Part shown: piece after piece, positions 48,995 through 60,160 of the stretch
Layout: every line of letters begins with the position of its first letter
How positions within the stretch are numbered: the first letter of the stretch is position 1
DNA from: Octopus sinensis
Taxonomy: Eukaryota
Direction of reading: 5' to 3'
DNA: 64,000 bases
Assembly (NCBI RefSeq): GCF_006345805.1
Contig: NC_043007.1
Span: 55,304,001-55,368,000, forward strand
Program-made: the position numbers and the translations under genes
Notes under the pieces: model-generated
Told to the model about the DNA's origin: nothing
Seen by the model: the letters and a program-made list of their open reading frames with translations, nothing else
The model's database searches: none

Positions 48995-51745
48995 ACATTT
49001 TGTTACTCTCAAATTCAGTATGTGACACACTACTTGTACTTATAAGGCAAATCTGTGTAGCTATATGTGCTACATATCACCTTCCAGATTTTCCAAATCA
49101 TGTAGGCAAGTTTGAAGTCTGCCTTACAAAAATAGAAGTTCTAGTCACATTAGGACAACACATAAGTGTACTTCTTATGGGAGACTTCAATCTGCCCAAC
49201 GTTAGATGGCCCGAAGGCCTTTCTCTCCTAGGAATGACACGGTGCGAACAAGGACAGGTGAGGTCCCTCCTAAACCTCATCAACACTTTGTACATGGAGC
49301 AAATAGTACTTCAACCAATCAGGGCAGGTAACATACTGGATCTCTGCTTCACAAATAATATGGATCTAATCCATAATGTGAAAGTGACACCGACGCTACT
49401 CTCGGATCACAACATGGTAGAGCTGACCATGTACGGGCCAAAGGAAAGCATGGACATGCAGCCTACAAGAAACTCTCAGAATCTTTCCAGCTTGAACTTC
49501 CATAAGGCAAACTGGAAACAAATTGAAAAAGAGATCCTCAAACAAAACTGGTCTAAATGTCTCTCCTCACCGGACATCGACATGAAACTTCAACATTTCA
49601 TGTCTGTAATGCAAGCCATATGCTACAAATGTGTCCCAGAGAGAAAGGCCACTGTATACAAGAACAATATTCCCAGCGAGAGGAAATTCTTATGAGACGG
49701 CGTACAAAAGTTTCAAATCGCCTAAACAAACAAATTGAAAGCAGTGAAAAGTCTCGCCTGAAAATAAAACTGGTGGAAATTGAAAAAAGTCTGCAACCCG
49801 CCCATGAAAAAGAAAGAGCACACAAAGAAGCCTGGGCTATAGTCAACATAAAATCTAACCCCAGAGCTTTCTACAAGTTTGCCAAAGAAACAGTTTCGGT
49901 GCACTGCAGGATAGGGCCACTCCTCGAAAAAGATGGTACACTCACAGGAAATCCAATGAGGATAAGTGAAATACTAAATGAGCAATTCAAAAGTATTTTC
50001 ACTCCACCCCTAGGGCACTTTCAAGTCAGCAATCCAACTGACTTCTTTACCACTGCAGATATAAAAACAGAGGCAATGATGACTGATTACATCAATATAA
50101 AGGAAGACGATGTAATAAGGGCTATAGATGAAATGAACCCAAACTCAGCTACTGGCCCCGATGGATTCCCCGCAATCCTTCTAAAAGTATGTAAGCGAGT
50201 CCTAGAAAGACCACTGCAGTCCCTCTTTCAGAGCTTCCTTGCAACTGGCAAACTTCCAAGAAAACTGAAGGCGGGTAAAATATGCCCTATTCATAAAGGA
50301 GGTAGCAGAGCGGAGGCCAAGAACTACAGACCTATCTCTCTGGCCTCACACATCAGCAAGTTCATGGAACGAATAGTCAGAAGAAAACTAATCGCTTTCC
50401 TTGAAGAAAATGACTTGCTGCCTGACACCCAACATAGTTTCCGACCAGGGAGAAGCTGCCTAACTCAGCTCTTACAACAATATGACTAGGTGCTGAAACA
50501 ACTGCTCAACCACTCAAATGTGGAAGTGATATATCTCGACTTTGCAAAGGCCTTTGATATCATGTCACAAACTGTGTGATCTTGGCATAGTTGGAAAGTT
50601 GGGAGAATGGCTTCATGACTTTCTGAAGGATAAAAGTCAGGTGGTAGTAGCCAAAGGGGTCACCTCCAATGACACGCAAATGTTGAGTAGTGTTCTGCAA
50701 GACACTGTTTTGGGACCACTACTGTAATGGCCCTCTCAGACATGTCCTCAGCCACACAGAGAGTCACGATCACAAGTTATGCAGATGATACAAAAGTTTC
50801 ACAGGTAAAACAGAACCCTGAAGACGCTATGCACCTGCAATGTGAACTGGATGAAATATACAAGTGGGCTGAAAAAAATAGCATGCAGTTTAATGCTGAA
50901 AAGTTCCAAGCTTTGTGCTATTAGCATGCAAAACTAAATGCAATACCCAACACATACACTGGACCTGGAAAGATTGCAATCCCAGAGGCACAATCAGTGC
51001 GAGACCTGGGTATTTACATGAGTAATGATGCAACCTCTCATGTGCATGTTGCTAAATTGGCAATGAAATGTAGGCGGCTGACCGGATGGATTCTTAGAAC
51101 TTTTAGAACAAGAGACCAAGAAACCATAATGGTCCTCTGGAGGAAACTTTCCTAAGCCACTTAGACTACTGCTCTCAGCTATGGTCACCAACCAGTTTCA
51201 AATTAATCTCAGAACTTGAGGCAATCCAACGAAGCTACACGAAGAAGATAGCCTCTGTGCAACATATAAGCTATAGGGAAAGACTCAAGAGATTAAGACT
51301 CTATTCCTTAGAGCGTAAGCGAGAAATATATGCCATAATATACATCTGGAAGATCCTGGCATCGAGAGTTACACAAATACTAGAGCTAGGCGTCACTGCA
51401 TAGTGCCAAGGACTCCAAATTTGCCATCAAGATGTAGGACAAGATACTGCAATAGCCTGGGCTTCAGAGGTCCACAGCTCTTCAATATCCTCCCGAAGGA
51501 CCTGAGAGGCCTGCATGGGGTGGATGTAGGTGTCTTCAAAATAAAGCTGGACCTCTTCCTGTCAGGTGTCCCAGATGAACCAACTTCGCGACAGGAGGTG
51601 CAAATGAGGGCAGCTGCATCAAACTCTCTCATGCACCAAATGTCAATTGCTAAAAAGCATTCGTGAAGTAACATCATGTAGCAACACCAAATGGCGGTGC
51701 CCCAGCATTGCCACAGCTCGTGAGCTGAAACTAGATGAAAAAATA
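48995..51745 (+). mobile_element. Degenerate CR1-type LINE (partial APE plus RT to the 3' end)
   Basis: MGDFNLPNVRW, GNILDLCFTN, ATGPDGFP, PIHKGG..NYRPISL, GRSCLTQLL, YADDTK, LYSLERKRE; 3' tail ggcggtgccccagcattgccacag. Confidence 0.9.
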
Positions 51746-53490
51746 TTTGATGGTTATGACCCACGAACCTTGCAATGGTGGGTGTTCCCACAGCTCTTCC
51801 ACTTTGGGTGAACCTGACAGCACTCGATTGGGTTGATTTGTCCCTTCCCCGAGGAACCCGTGTTTCGTTTGGGGCAGAATGACTTTAGTCGGAGGGGCAC
51901 CTGCGGTGCCCTATAGGAACACCGGTGTGGATGGTGTACAGGGGGATACACACCTGCAGTGCTGGCAGCGAGGCGAGAGGGTGGATGCACCATCAAGTTT
52001 GTCTGGTATGTTATGATCACTGCCAGGCTTCACCCATAGGGACACTACCTTGTCGTGGTTTAAGAGCTTACGTCTGCGGGCGGGACGCAAGCCATTATTG
52101 GCCTTGCGGGCGCCAACCCGTCAGCGGACTAACTAAATGTGTCCTTTTCCCCATAGCGGTTCCAATTATTTAGTGGGGACCAAGCAGTGCGGAGGATTAT
52201 CGTGTGCAGAGTGGGATGATACCCTGCTGTTGGTCGTGGTTGCGCTTGTCGGCCTCCTGCTCATCCGAGTCGGTCACTACCTGGCTTCGGTGTGGTGTGA
52301 AGGCCCCCTATTTCTTTAAAGAATTTCACGGGGCGGCGCCCACGGACGGCCATGGTTAGAACGGCCGGGTTCGCTCTCCGGATTGGGCTGCTGACGGGGC
52401 GAGGTAGGGATGGGGTGTTTCCACCCTGCCTCTTATCTCGCCCATAAGTTAGCGCCTCGTGAAGGTTGCTGTCCCTGCTGTCCCTGCTGTCCCTGCTGTC
52501 CTTGGGTGGCTCACGACGTTGTCTCCTGACGCCGATTGTTGTGGCTCACACAATTTATTGCTGGAGCGGACTCACTTTCGGCCTCATTACGGGAGCCAGT
52601 CAACTGACGGGTAAACCGTCAATATTGACTTTGTCTCCTGACGCCAGATTGTTGTGACTCACGCAATTTATTGCGTGAGTGGACTCACTTTCGGCCTCAC
52701 TACGGGAGACAGTCGAATGACTGGTAAACCGTCAGTATTGAGCCCTTCGCGGACGGTTGCGGGGTTTTTGGCTTAGTATGAGGACTTCGGTTGGCTAGGA
52801 AGGATGTTGGCCTACGGTCTGCAGGGTCTGACTCCTTACTCTTGTACTCTTGACTTTCTTCCTTTTACTCTTGGAAAATGCCGCGAAGTCCAGTTCGTTA
52901 ATAAATAAGTTACGAAACACACGGTTGCCAGGGGCCGTATAAGATGGTGGCTTGTGGGCAAAAGAGCGGGGCTCCAAGCCTGGCCGAGCGTGTTGCCCAA
53001 CCACGTTTGGCCCATATCTACGCTTCCTGCAGTTGTATAGAGCCATTTACACTGCAGGTAATACCAATGGCTCGCACACCAAACTTGACCCTGAGAGTTT
53101 ATATCGGATCCTGCACATAAAACCCCCTCGATGAAGTGCTCAATTTTTTTTTTTTTTTTTGAGGACCGAGAGACTGGTGTGTAGGATGCCCCTCAAGTTT
53201 TTTTTTTTTTTTTTTTTGAGGAGGCGGCATGGTTTGGGGGCCGTGCCTCGATATGAGCTTAAATTTAAATAAATGAAAATCAAAATAACAACCCGAATTG
53301 GACATTTAGCTTCTTCTGACTATCGAAGAAGCACCCGCTTCTGTTAGTTTTAGATCCCCACTACTTAGGTAGTTTTTCTGTTTTTTTTATTTTATTTTAT
53401 TCGTAAGGTTAACTTAAGCTGGGACCTGGCTACGACAGCGTGGGACCACCCACGATAAAATACAGGGAAGGAGAGTGAATCTCATTTAGA
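51746..53490. other. Unidentified ~1.7-kb, GC-richer, structured sequence joined to 28S at the R2 cleavage position (candidate R2-related insert)
   Basis: Junction ...tctcatttaga|TAGCCAAATGCC; the normal upstream 28S sequence (gggagtaactatgactctcttaagg) is absent; no RT or RLE motifs found by eye. Confidence 0.45.
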
Positions 53491-53567
53491 TAGCCAAATG
53501 CCTCGTTATCTAATTAGTGACGCGCATGAACGGATCAACGAGATTCCCACTGTCCCTATCTACTGTT

Positions 53568-53600
<33 letters not shown>

Positions 53601-53607
53601 CGGATCG

Positions 53608-53647
<40 letters not shown>

Positions 53648-55080
53648 TTTTGTGAGGGCACACGGTAGGCGTAGCATAGGCGGTAGCATTCGCGTTGCCC
53701 CGCGCCGGGCGTTGCCGTCACCGGCGGCGCGCTGGCGTGCTGTTCGTTGTCCGCGCCGTCGCGCCTCGCGCGGCGGTCGGTTTCGTCGGTGCGCCGTGGG
53801 CGCCGTCGGCTAAGCGCGTTCGACGTCGGGGTGTCGCGCGCGTTTGCGACGATGAAAAACCGCCACTTCCGTAGTTTCCTCGCTCACTCGATGGAGAAGG
53901 GATCGGGCCGTCGCCGCAACGAACGACGGCCCGCGCACGCGCCGGGAGGCGCAATGTACGCCGACGCACGAGAAGGCCGCGCGCGCGGATCCGACAACCG
54001 CGACGACGCCCCGGCCGCGCGCGCGCTTTCCGGACCGGGAGGTCCGTAGGCGGCGGCACGCAGCGACGGAACGCAGCGCAGCGGAAGGAAAGAACGCGCG
54101 CGTAGAAGCCGACCCGCGTTGACCGAAGGCGCGACCGCGCACCGGCGCGTGGCGGGTTGCCCGCCGACGCTGCGACGACCGCCGGAAAAATGGGGCGCAC
54201 CGGGATGCCGAGTCCGACGCCAACGCTACAGCCCCGTACCGGTCCGCCGCTTCGCGTGAAGACGTGTTCCGGCGCCCGGCGGCGCGACGCCGAGCGAACG
54301 GCGTCGCGGCCGCGCGGGAGCGAGGCGACACACACGGCAGTTTTAAAATGTTGAGCAATCATCAGCCATTTATAGAGGTTTTCTATTAATACATAATTTT
54401 CATATTAATAGATAACATTATAGAGAAGGTAGATATATAGGCAAAGATGTCGATTTAAAATTTAAGAAAATTAAGGTAGTAGAGTTTATCTTCCGACTGA
54501 AGAATATTCATTAAGTTATTTTGAACTACTAGAAGGTTGGGAAGTATAATCAGTTGAAAGAAGAGAAAAAGATTTTCTATTTATAGAAATAGGGGTGAAA
54601 TAAATGTCAGAAGGTCTTCATAAAGAAATTAAGGTAGAGAGGGGGTTTCGTCGGTGCGCCGTGGGCGCCGTCGGCTAAGCGCGTTCGACGTCGGGGTGTC
54701 GCGCGCGTTTGCGACGATGAAAAACCGCCACTTCTGTAGTTTCCTCGCTCACTCGATGGAGAAGGGATCGGGCCGTCGCCGAGCGGTGGTTCATTATCTG
54801 GTGCGAAGCGCGCGGTGCATGTCGAGCGCCTTTGCGGGCGCCGGCGCAGCCGATGCGCGACCCTTAGTCGAGAACAGTGTCGGTCGGGGAGTTTGACTGG
54901 GGCGGTACGTCTGTAAAACGGTAACGCAGGTGTCCCAAGGCGAGCTCAGCGTGGACGGAAACCACACGTCGAGCAAAAGGGCAAAAGCTCGCTCGATCTC
55001 GATTTTCAGTACGAATACGGACCGCGAAAGCGTGGCCCATCGATCCTTCCGAATTACAGCGGCGAGCTATGCGTCCGCCG

Positions 55081-55123
<43 letters not shown>

Positions 55124-55146
55124 GGCCAAGCGTTCGCAGCGACGTC

Positions 55147-55184
<38 letters not shown>

Positions 55185-55226
55185 CGAAGCAGAATTCGCA
55201 AAGCGTTGGATTGTTCACCCACTAAC

Positions 55227-55273
<47 letters not shown>

Positions 55274-55875
55274 TCCTACCGATGCATCGCGCGTACGCGG
55301 CGCCCCGAGTCGCGTCGGGGTACTCGGCGTGCGGTCGAGGCGGCGGCGCGCTCGCGCGTCCGTCCGTCCTGGCCGTGCCGCCGGCGTTTCTCCGGCCGAC
55401 CTTAGGGGGCGTCGGCAACGTCAACTCGGCTACGGCTATCCCGTCCAGTACGAGAGGAACCGCGGGATCAGAGCAACGGTTTGCGCGCTCGCTCGATAGA
55501 GCGGTGGTGCCAGGCTGCCTCTGAGCGATAACGGCTGAACGCCTCTAAGCCGGAACCGTAGCCGGACCCGAGTTGTTTTCCAAAAGCGTCTCAACCTCAA
55601 GGCGCATGCCTTAGCTCGGCGTTCGCCGTCCGCCCGTCGCGTTCGCGCGGCGAGCGGCAGCGTCGCCGGCGGAATTGCCATTCGGGGACGCGGCGGCGGC
55701 CGCGGCGTTCGCGCCGTGGTCGTCTGCTCGTCGTCCCGCCCCGACTAGTTCGAAGAGATCGAGACGAAAGGGATCGCTTGCATACGACCCGACTTGCCGT
55801 TCGGAGTGACGTGCTTAGTAGAGCAGCTACCACACTGCGATCTATTGAGTCTCTTCTCGCGAACGACACGATCCG
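53491..55875 (+). rRNA. 28S: 28S rRNA, 3' portion (dispersed copy, probably a pseudogene), interrupted by a duplication/insertion at 53917-54781
   Basis: tagccaaatgcctcg.., gaaagaagaccctgttgagcttgactctag, ggggagtttgactggggcgg, gtgtcagaaaagttaccacagggataactggcttgtggc, ctgaacgcctctaag, gagcagc..ctgcgatctattga. Confidence 0.95.
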
Positions 55876-56077
55876 CCCCTTCGAGGCGGAGAAGCGGGAG
55901 GAGGTGAGGAAAGATGGCGAAATTGTTGCGGCTTGGAGTCGGAGTCGGAGGAGTTACGAAGTGTTTGTGTTGCGTTGTGTCTCGTCTCGTCTCGTCACGT
56001 CTTGTCTGCGTCGAACGACTCGGCGCGCGGTAATAGTCGTCGTCGCCGTAACCGCCTTCGTCTCGGCCGACGAATCG

Positions 56078-56192
56078 AGCGCGCATCGGCTTAGCAGCGC
56101 GCATCGGCTTAGCAGCGCGCATCGGCTTAGCAGCGCGCATCGGCTTAGCAGCGCGCATCGGCTTAGCAGCGCGCATCGGCTTAGCAGCGCGC
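56078..56192. repeat. 18-bp tandem repeat (agcgcgcatcggcttagc) x ~6.4
   Basis: Direct inspection. Confidence 0.95.
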
Positions 56193-56940
56193 GCTCCGTT
56201 GCGGGTTCGTTTAAGTGAGAAGTGGAAGAAACGCAACCTCCTGCTTAGTGCGCGAGTAGACGGGGTTGCTGCGCCAGCATGCAGCACCCCTGTCTGTCGT
56301 AACTTTCTGTACCGCCGACGAGTCGTCGCTCGTCGGCGGCGGCGTCCGGCTCGGGCCCCGGTCTCGCGGAGCGACGTACAAACTCTGAGTGGGACACCGC
56401 GACTGCCTGTTGTCGAAGCGGCGACTTCTGGGCATCGTCGCCCGATTGGCGAGGCGCCGCGTGAACGGATCGAGGTCGAGGAGCGTGTCCCTATCTACTG
56501 TCTAGCGAATGCAGAGCCGAGGGTACGGGCTTGAAGAAGTTCTCGGTATCGAGTGCGGGTAAGCGGCGGGAGTAACTTGAACGGATCGAAGGCGACGAGG
56601 ATATTGCCGCTGTCCCTATCTACTACTGTCTAGCGATAAGCAGAGCTGAGTTACGACGAAGACCACGAGTGTGTGTGTCCGTGTGTTATCCACGCGCATC
56701 GAAGCGGCGATTTCACTTGAGAGAGTTCTCGGTCGAGTGCACGGGTCGAAAGAGTTATGCGGCCGGTCGATTGCCGGGGAGTAAGTCTGAGTTACGACGA
56801 AGACCACGAGTGTGTGTGTCCGTGTGTTATCCACGCGGTCCGACCCGTAAGTCGAAGGAATCAGACCCGTATGCTTGCGGGTCGGCCCCGGTTTGGATAG
56901 TCACGCTCTAGGTGACCGTCGCACCCCAAGGGGGTCAGGA

Positions 56941-56952
56941 CTATGTTGAGGG
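56941..56952 (+). promoter_or_regulatory. Putative Pol I spacer promoter initiation motif (ctatgttgaggg)
   Basis: Ends a conserved ~70-bp cassette (ggatagtcacgc...caccccaagggggtca.gac); resembles the TATA-TAGGG-type initiators of invertebrate rDNA. Confidence 0.5.
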
Positions 56953-58241
56953 CTTGCAGTCGGCAGGTGGATGTCTCCGGGACCGTTCGGAAGGATGCCA
57001 GAGACGTCAGCCTACGACGAAGACGCCGTCAGGCCGGCGGGCGTCCGCCGCCTTCGCGCCGCCTCGCTTTCTCCCGTTCGGCCACGCCCCGCGGGTCCGT
57101 TAGCGGCAGGCCTGCGCCTGTCGCCCGTTCCTCCGCCGCGCTACCGTGCCCGAAATCGAAAGAACGAACCCAAGCCCGCGGTCCGGCCCACGGACGCGTG
57201 GACGTAGCCGCCACCGATGCCGGAAGGCGTTCACGAGATACTCACGCGGTCGATACGGAGAGACGCGGTCCGTCCCGTAAAATCCCGAAGGATGACAAAC
57301 AGCGGCTAGCACGAGGTAGCGGCGGGAGGCCTGCGCCGGTCGCCCGATGCTCCGCCGCCCAGCCGTGCCCGAAATCGAAAGAACGAACCCAAGCTCGCGT
57401 CGTTGCCCACGTACGCGTGGACGCAGCCGCCAGCGATGCCGATGTTGCGAGGTACGGGCGTTCGATACGGCGACGCGGTCCGTCTCGTAAATTCCCGAAA
57501 GATGGACAAACTGCGGCCGCCTTCGCCCGCGCCTCCGCGGCGCTACCGCGAGGCTGAAGTTCAGCTTGAGCGAAGCTTGCGCTCTCGCCCACGTACACGA
57601 AACCGAAAGAACGAACCCACGCTCGCGGTACGGCCCGAGGACGCGTGGACGTAGCCGCCACCGATGTCGGAAGGGCGTTTACGAGATGCACGCCGTCGAT
57701 ACGGCGACGCGGTCCGTCCCGTAAAAACCCGAAAGATGGCAAACTGCGGCTAGCACGGTCGCCCGTTGCTCCGCCGCCCTAACGTGCCCGAAATCGAAAG
57801 AACGAACTTGAGCGTGCGGTCTCGCCCACGTACGCGTGGACGTAGCCGCGACCGATGTCGCGAGGTGCGGGCGTTCGATGCGGCGACGCGGTCCGTCCCG
57901 TAAATTCCCCGAAAGATGACAAACTGCGGCCGGTGCAGGCAACGGCCGATAGCGGCGGCCATGCGCCCGCCTTCTACCGCCTTCGTCCGCAGTCCCGCCG
58001 CGCGACCGCGAGGTTCAAGCGGGGGGCTCGAGCGAAACCTGCGCTCTCGCCCACGTACACGTGGACGTAGGCGCGATCGATGCCGTCAGTCGCCGGGAGT
58101 GCGTGGCGATATGCACCGGGCAAAAACAGCGACGTGGTCCGACCCGTGAGTTACGGATGTGCTCGGACCGTAAGCAAACGGATCGGCCCCGGCTGGATAG
58201 TCACGCCTCTAGGTGATCGTCGCACCCCAAGGGGGTCAAGA

Positions 58242-58253
58242 CTATATTGAGGG
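58242..58253 (+). promoter_or_regulatory. Putative Pol I spacer promoter (ctatattgaggg)
   Basis: Same cassette. Confidence 0.55.
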
Positions 58254-59092
58254 CTTGCAGTCGGCAGGTTTCATGCCTCGGGGACCGTTCGGCAGGATGC
58301 CAGAGACGTCAGCCTACGACGCCGTCAGCCCGGCGGGCCGCCGCCGCCTTCGCGCCGCCTCGCTTTCTCCCGTTCCTCCACGCCCCGCGGGGCCGTTAGC
58401 GGCAGGCCTGCGCCTGTCGCCCGTTGCTCCGCCGCGCTACCGTGCCCGAAATCGAAAGAACGAACCCAAGCCCGCGGTGCGGCCCACGGACGCGTGGACG
58501 TAGCCGCCAGCGATGCCGGAAGGCGTTCACGAGATGCACGCGCTCGATACGGCGACGTGGTCCGTCCCGTAAAATCCCGAAAGATGACAAACTGCGGCTG
58601 GCGCGATGTAGCGGCAGGCCTGCGCAAAGGCCTGCGCCGGTCGCCCGCGTCTCCGCAGCCGAACCGTGCGTGGAATCGAAAGCACGAAACTAAGCGGGCG
58701 GTGTCGGCCACGTACGCGTGGACCTAGCCGCGACCGATGTTGCGAGGTACACGGGCGATCGATACGGCGACGTGGTCCATCTCGTAAATTCCCGAAAGAT
58801 GACAAACTGCGGCCGGAGCCGGTAGCGGCGGGCCTTCGTCCGCGCCTCCGCCGCGCTACCGCGAGGCCGAAGCGGAGCTTGAGCGAAGCTGGCGCTCTCG
58901 CCCACGTACACGTGGACGTAGGCGCGATCGATGCCGTCAGTCGCCGGGAGTGCGTGGCGATGTGCACCGGGTAAAAACAGCGACGTGGTCCGACCCGTGA
59001 GTTAAGGAGGTGCTCGGACCGTAAGCAAACGGATCGGCCCCGGCTGGATAGTCACGCCTCTAGGTGACCGTCGCACCCCAAGGGGGTCAAGA

Positions 59093-59104
59093 CTATATTG
59101 AGGG
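59093..59104 (+). promoter_or_regulatory. Putative Pol I spacer promoter (ctatattgaggg)
   Basis: Same cassette. Confidence 0.55.
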
Positions 59105-60148
59105 CTTGCAGTCGGCAGGTTTCATGTCTCGGGGACCGTTCGGCAGGACGCCAGAGACGTCAGCCTGCGACGCCGTCAGCCCGGCGGGTGACCGCCGCCT
59201 TCGCGCCGCCTCGCTTTCTCCCGTTCGTCCGCGAGCGCGGGGCCGTTAGCGGCAGGCCCGCGCCGGTCGCCCGTTCCTCCGCCGCGTTACCGTGCCCGAA
59301 ACCGAAAGAACGAACCCACGCTCGCGGTTCGGCCCACGGACGCGTGGACGTAGCCGCCACCGATGTTGGAAGGGCGTTCACGAGATGCACGCCGTCGATA
59401 CAGCGACGTGGTGCGTCCCGTGAAAACACGAAAGATGGCAAACTGCGGCTAGCACGGTCGCCCGTTGCTCCGCCGCCCAGACGTGCCCGAAATCGAAAGA
59501 GCGAACCTAAGCTCGCGGTGCGACCCCAGTACGCGTGGACGTAGCCGCCACCGGTGCCGGAAGGCGTTCACGAGATACCGGCGCTCGATAGGAGTACGTG
59601 GTCCGTCCCGTAAAAATCCCGAAAGATGACAAACTGCGGCTAGCACGAGGTAGCGGCGGAAGGCGTGCGCCGGTCGCCCGCGTCTCCGCCGCCGCCCTAC
59701 CGTGCGTGAAATCGAAAGCACGAACTTGAGCGTGCGGTCTCGCCCGCGTACGCGTGGACGTAGCCGCGACCGACGTCGCGACGTGCGGGCGTTCGATGCG
59801 GTCCGTCCCGTAAATTCCCGAAAGATGACAAAGTGCGGCCGGTGCAGGCAACGGCCGATTGCGGCGGGCATTCGCCCGCCTTCTACCGCCTTCGCCCGCA
59901 GCTCCGCCGCGTTACCGCGAGGCTCGAGTGAGACTCGAGCGAAACTCGCGCTCTCGCCCGCGTACACGTGGACGTAGGTGCGATCGATGCCGTCAGTCGC
60001 CGGGAGTGCGTGGCGATATGCACCGGGTAAAGACAGCGACGTGGTCCGACCCGTGAGTTAAGGAGGTGCTCGGACCGTAAGCAAACGGATCGGCCCCGGC
60101 TGGATAGTCACGCCTCTAGGTGACCGTCGCACCCCAAGGGGGTCAAGA

Positions 60149-60160
60149 CTATATTGAGGG
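60149..60160 (+). promoter_or_regulatory. Putative Pol I spacer promoter (ctatattgaggg)
   Basis: Same cassette. Confidence 0.55.

Noticed and set aside
51746-52520. R2 ORF or HDV-like ribozyme in the R2-site insert
   Set aside because: In the frames I read there were no RT, zinc-finger, Myb or RLE motifs, and I could not build a P1-P4 double pseudoknot by eye.
54345-54643. Mitochondrial insertion (NUMT) as the identity of the AT-rich segment
   Set aside because: The frames I checked contain TAA/TAG stops and no recognisable mitochondrial protein or rRNA motif; left unassigned.
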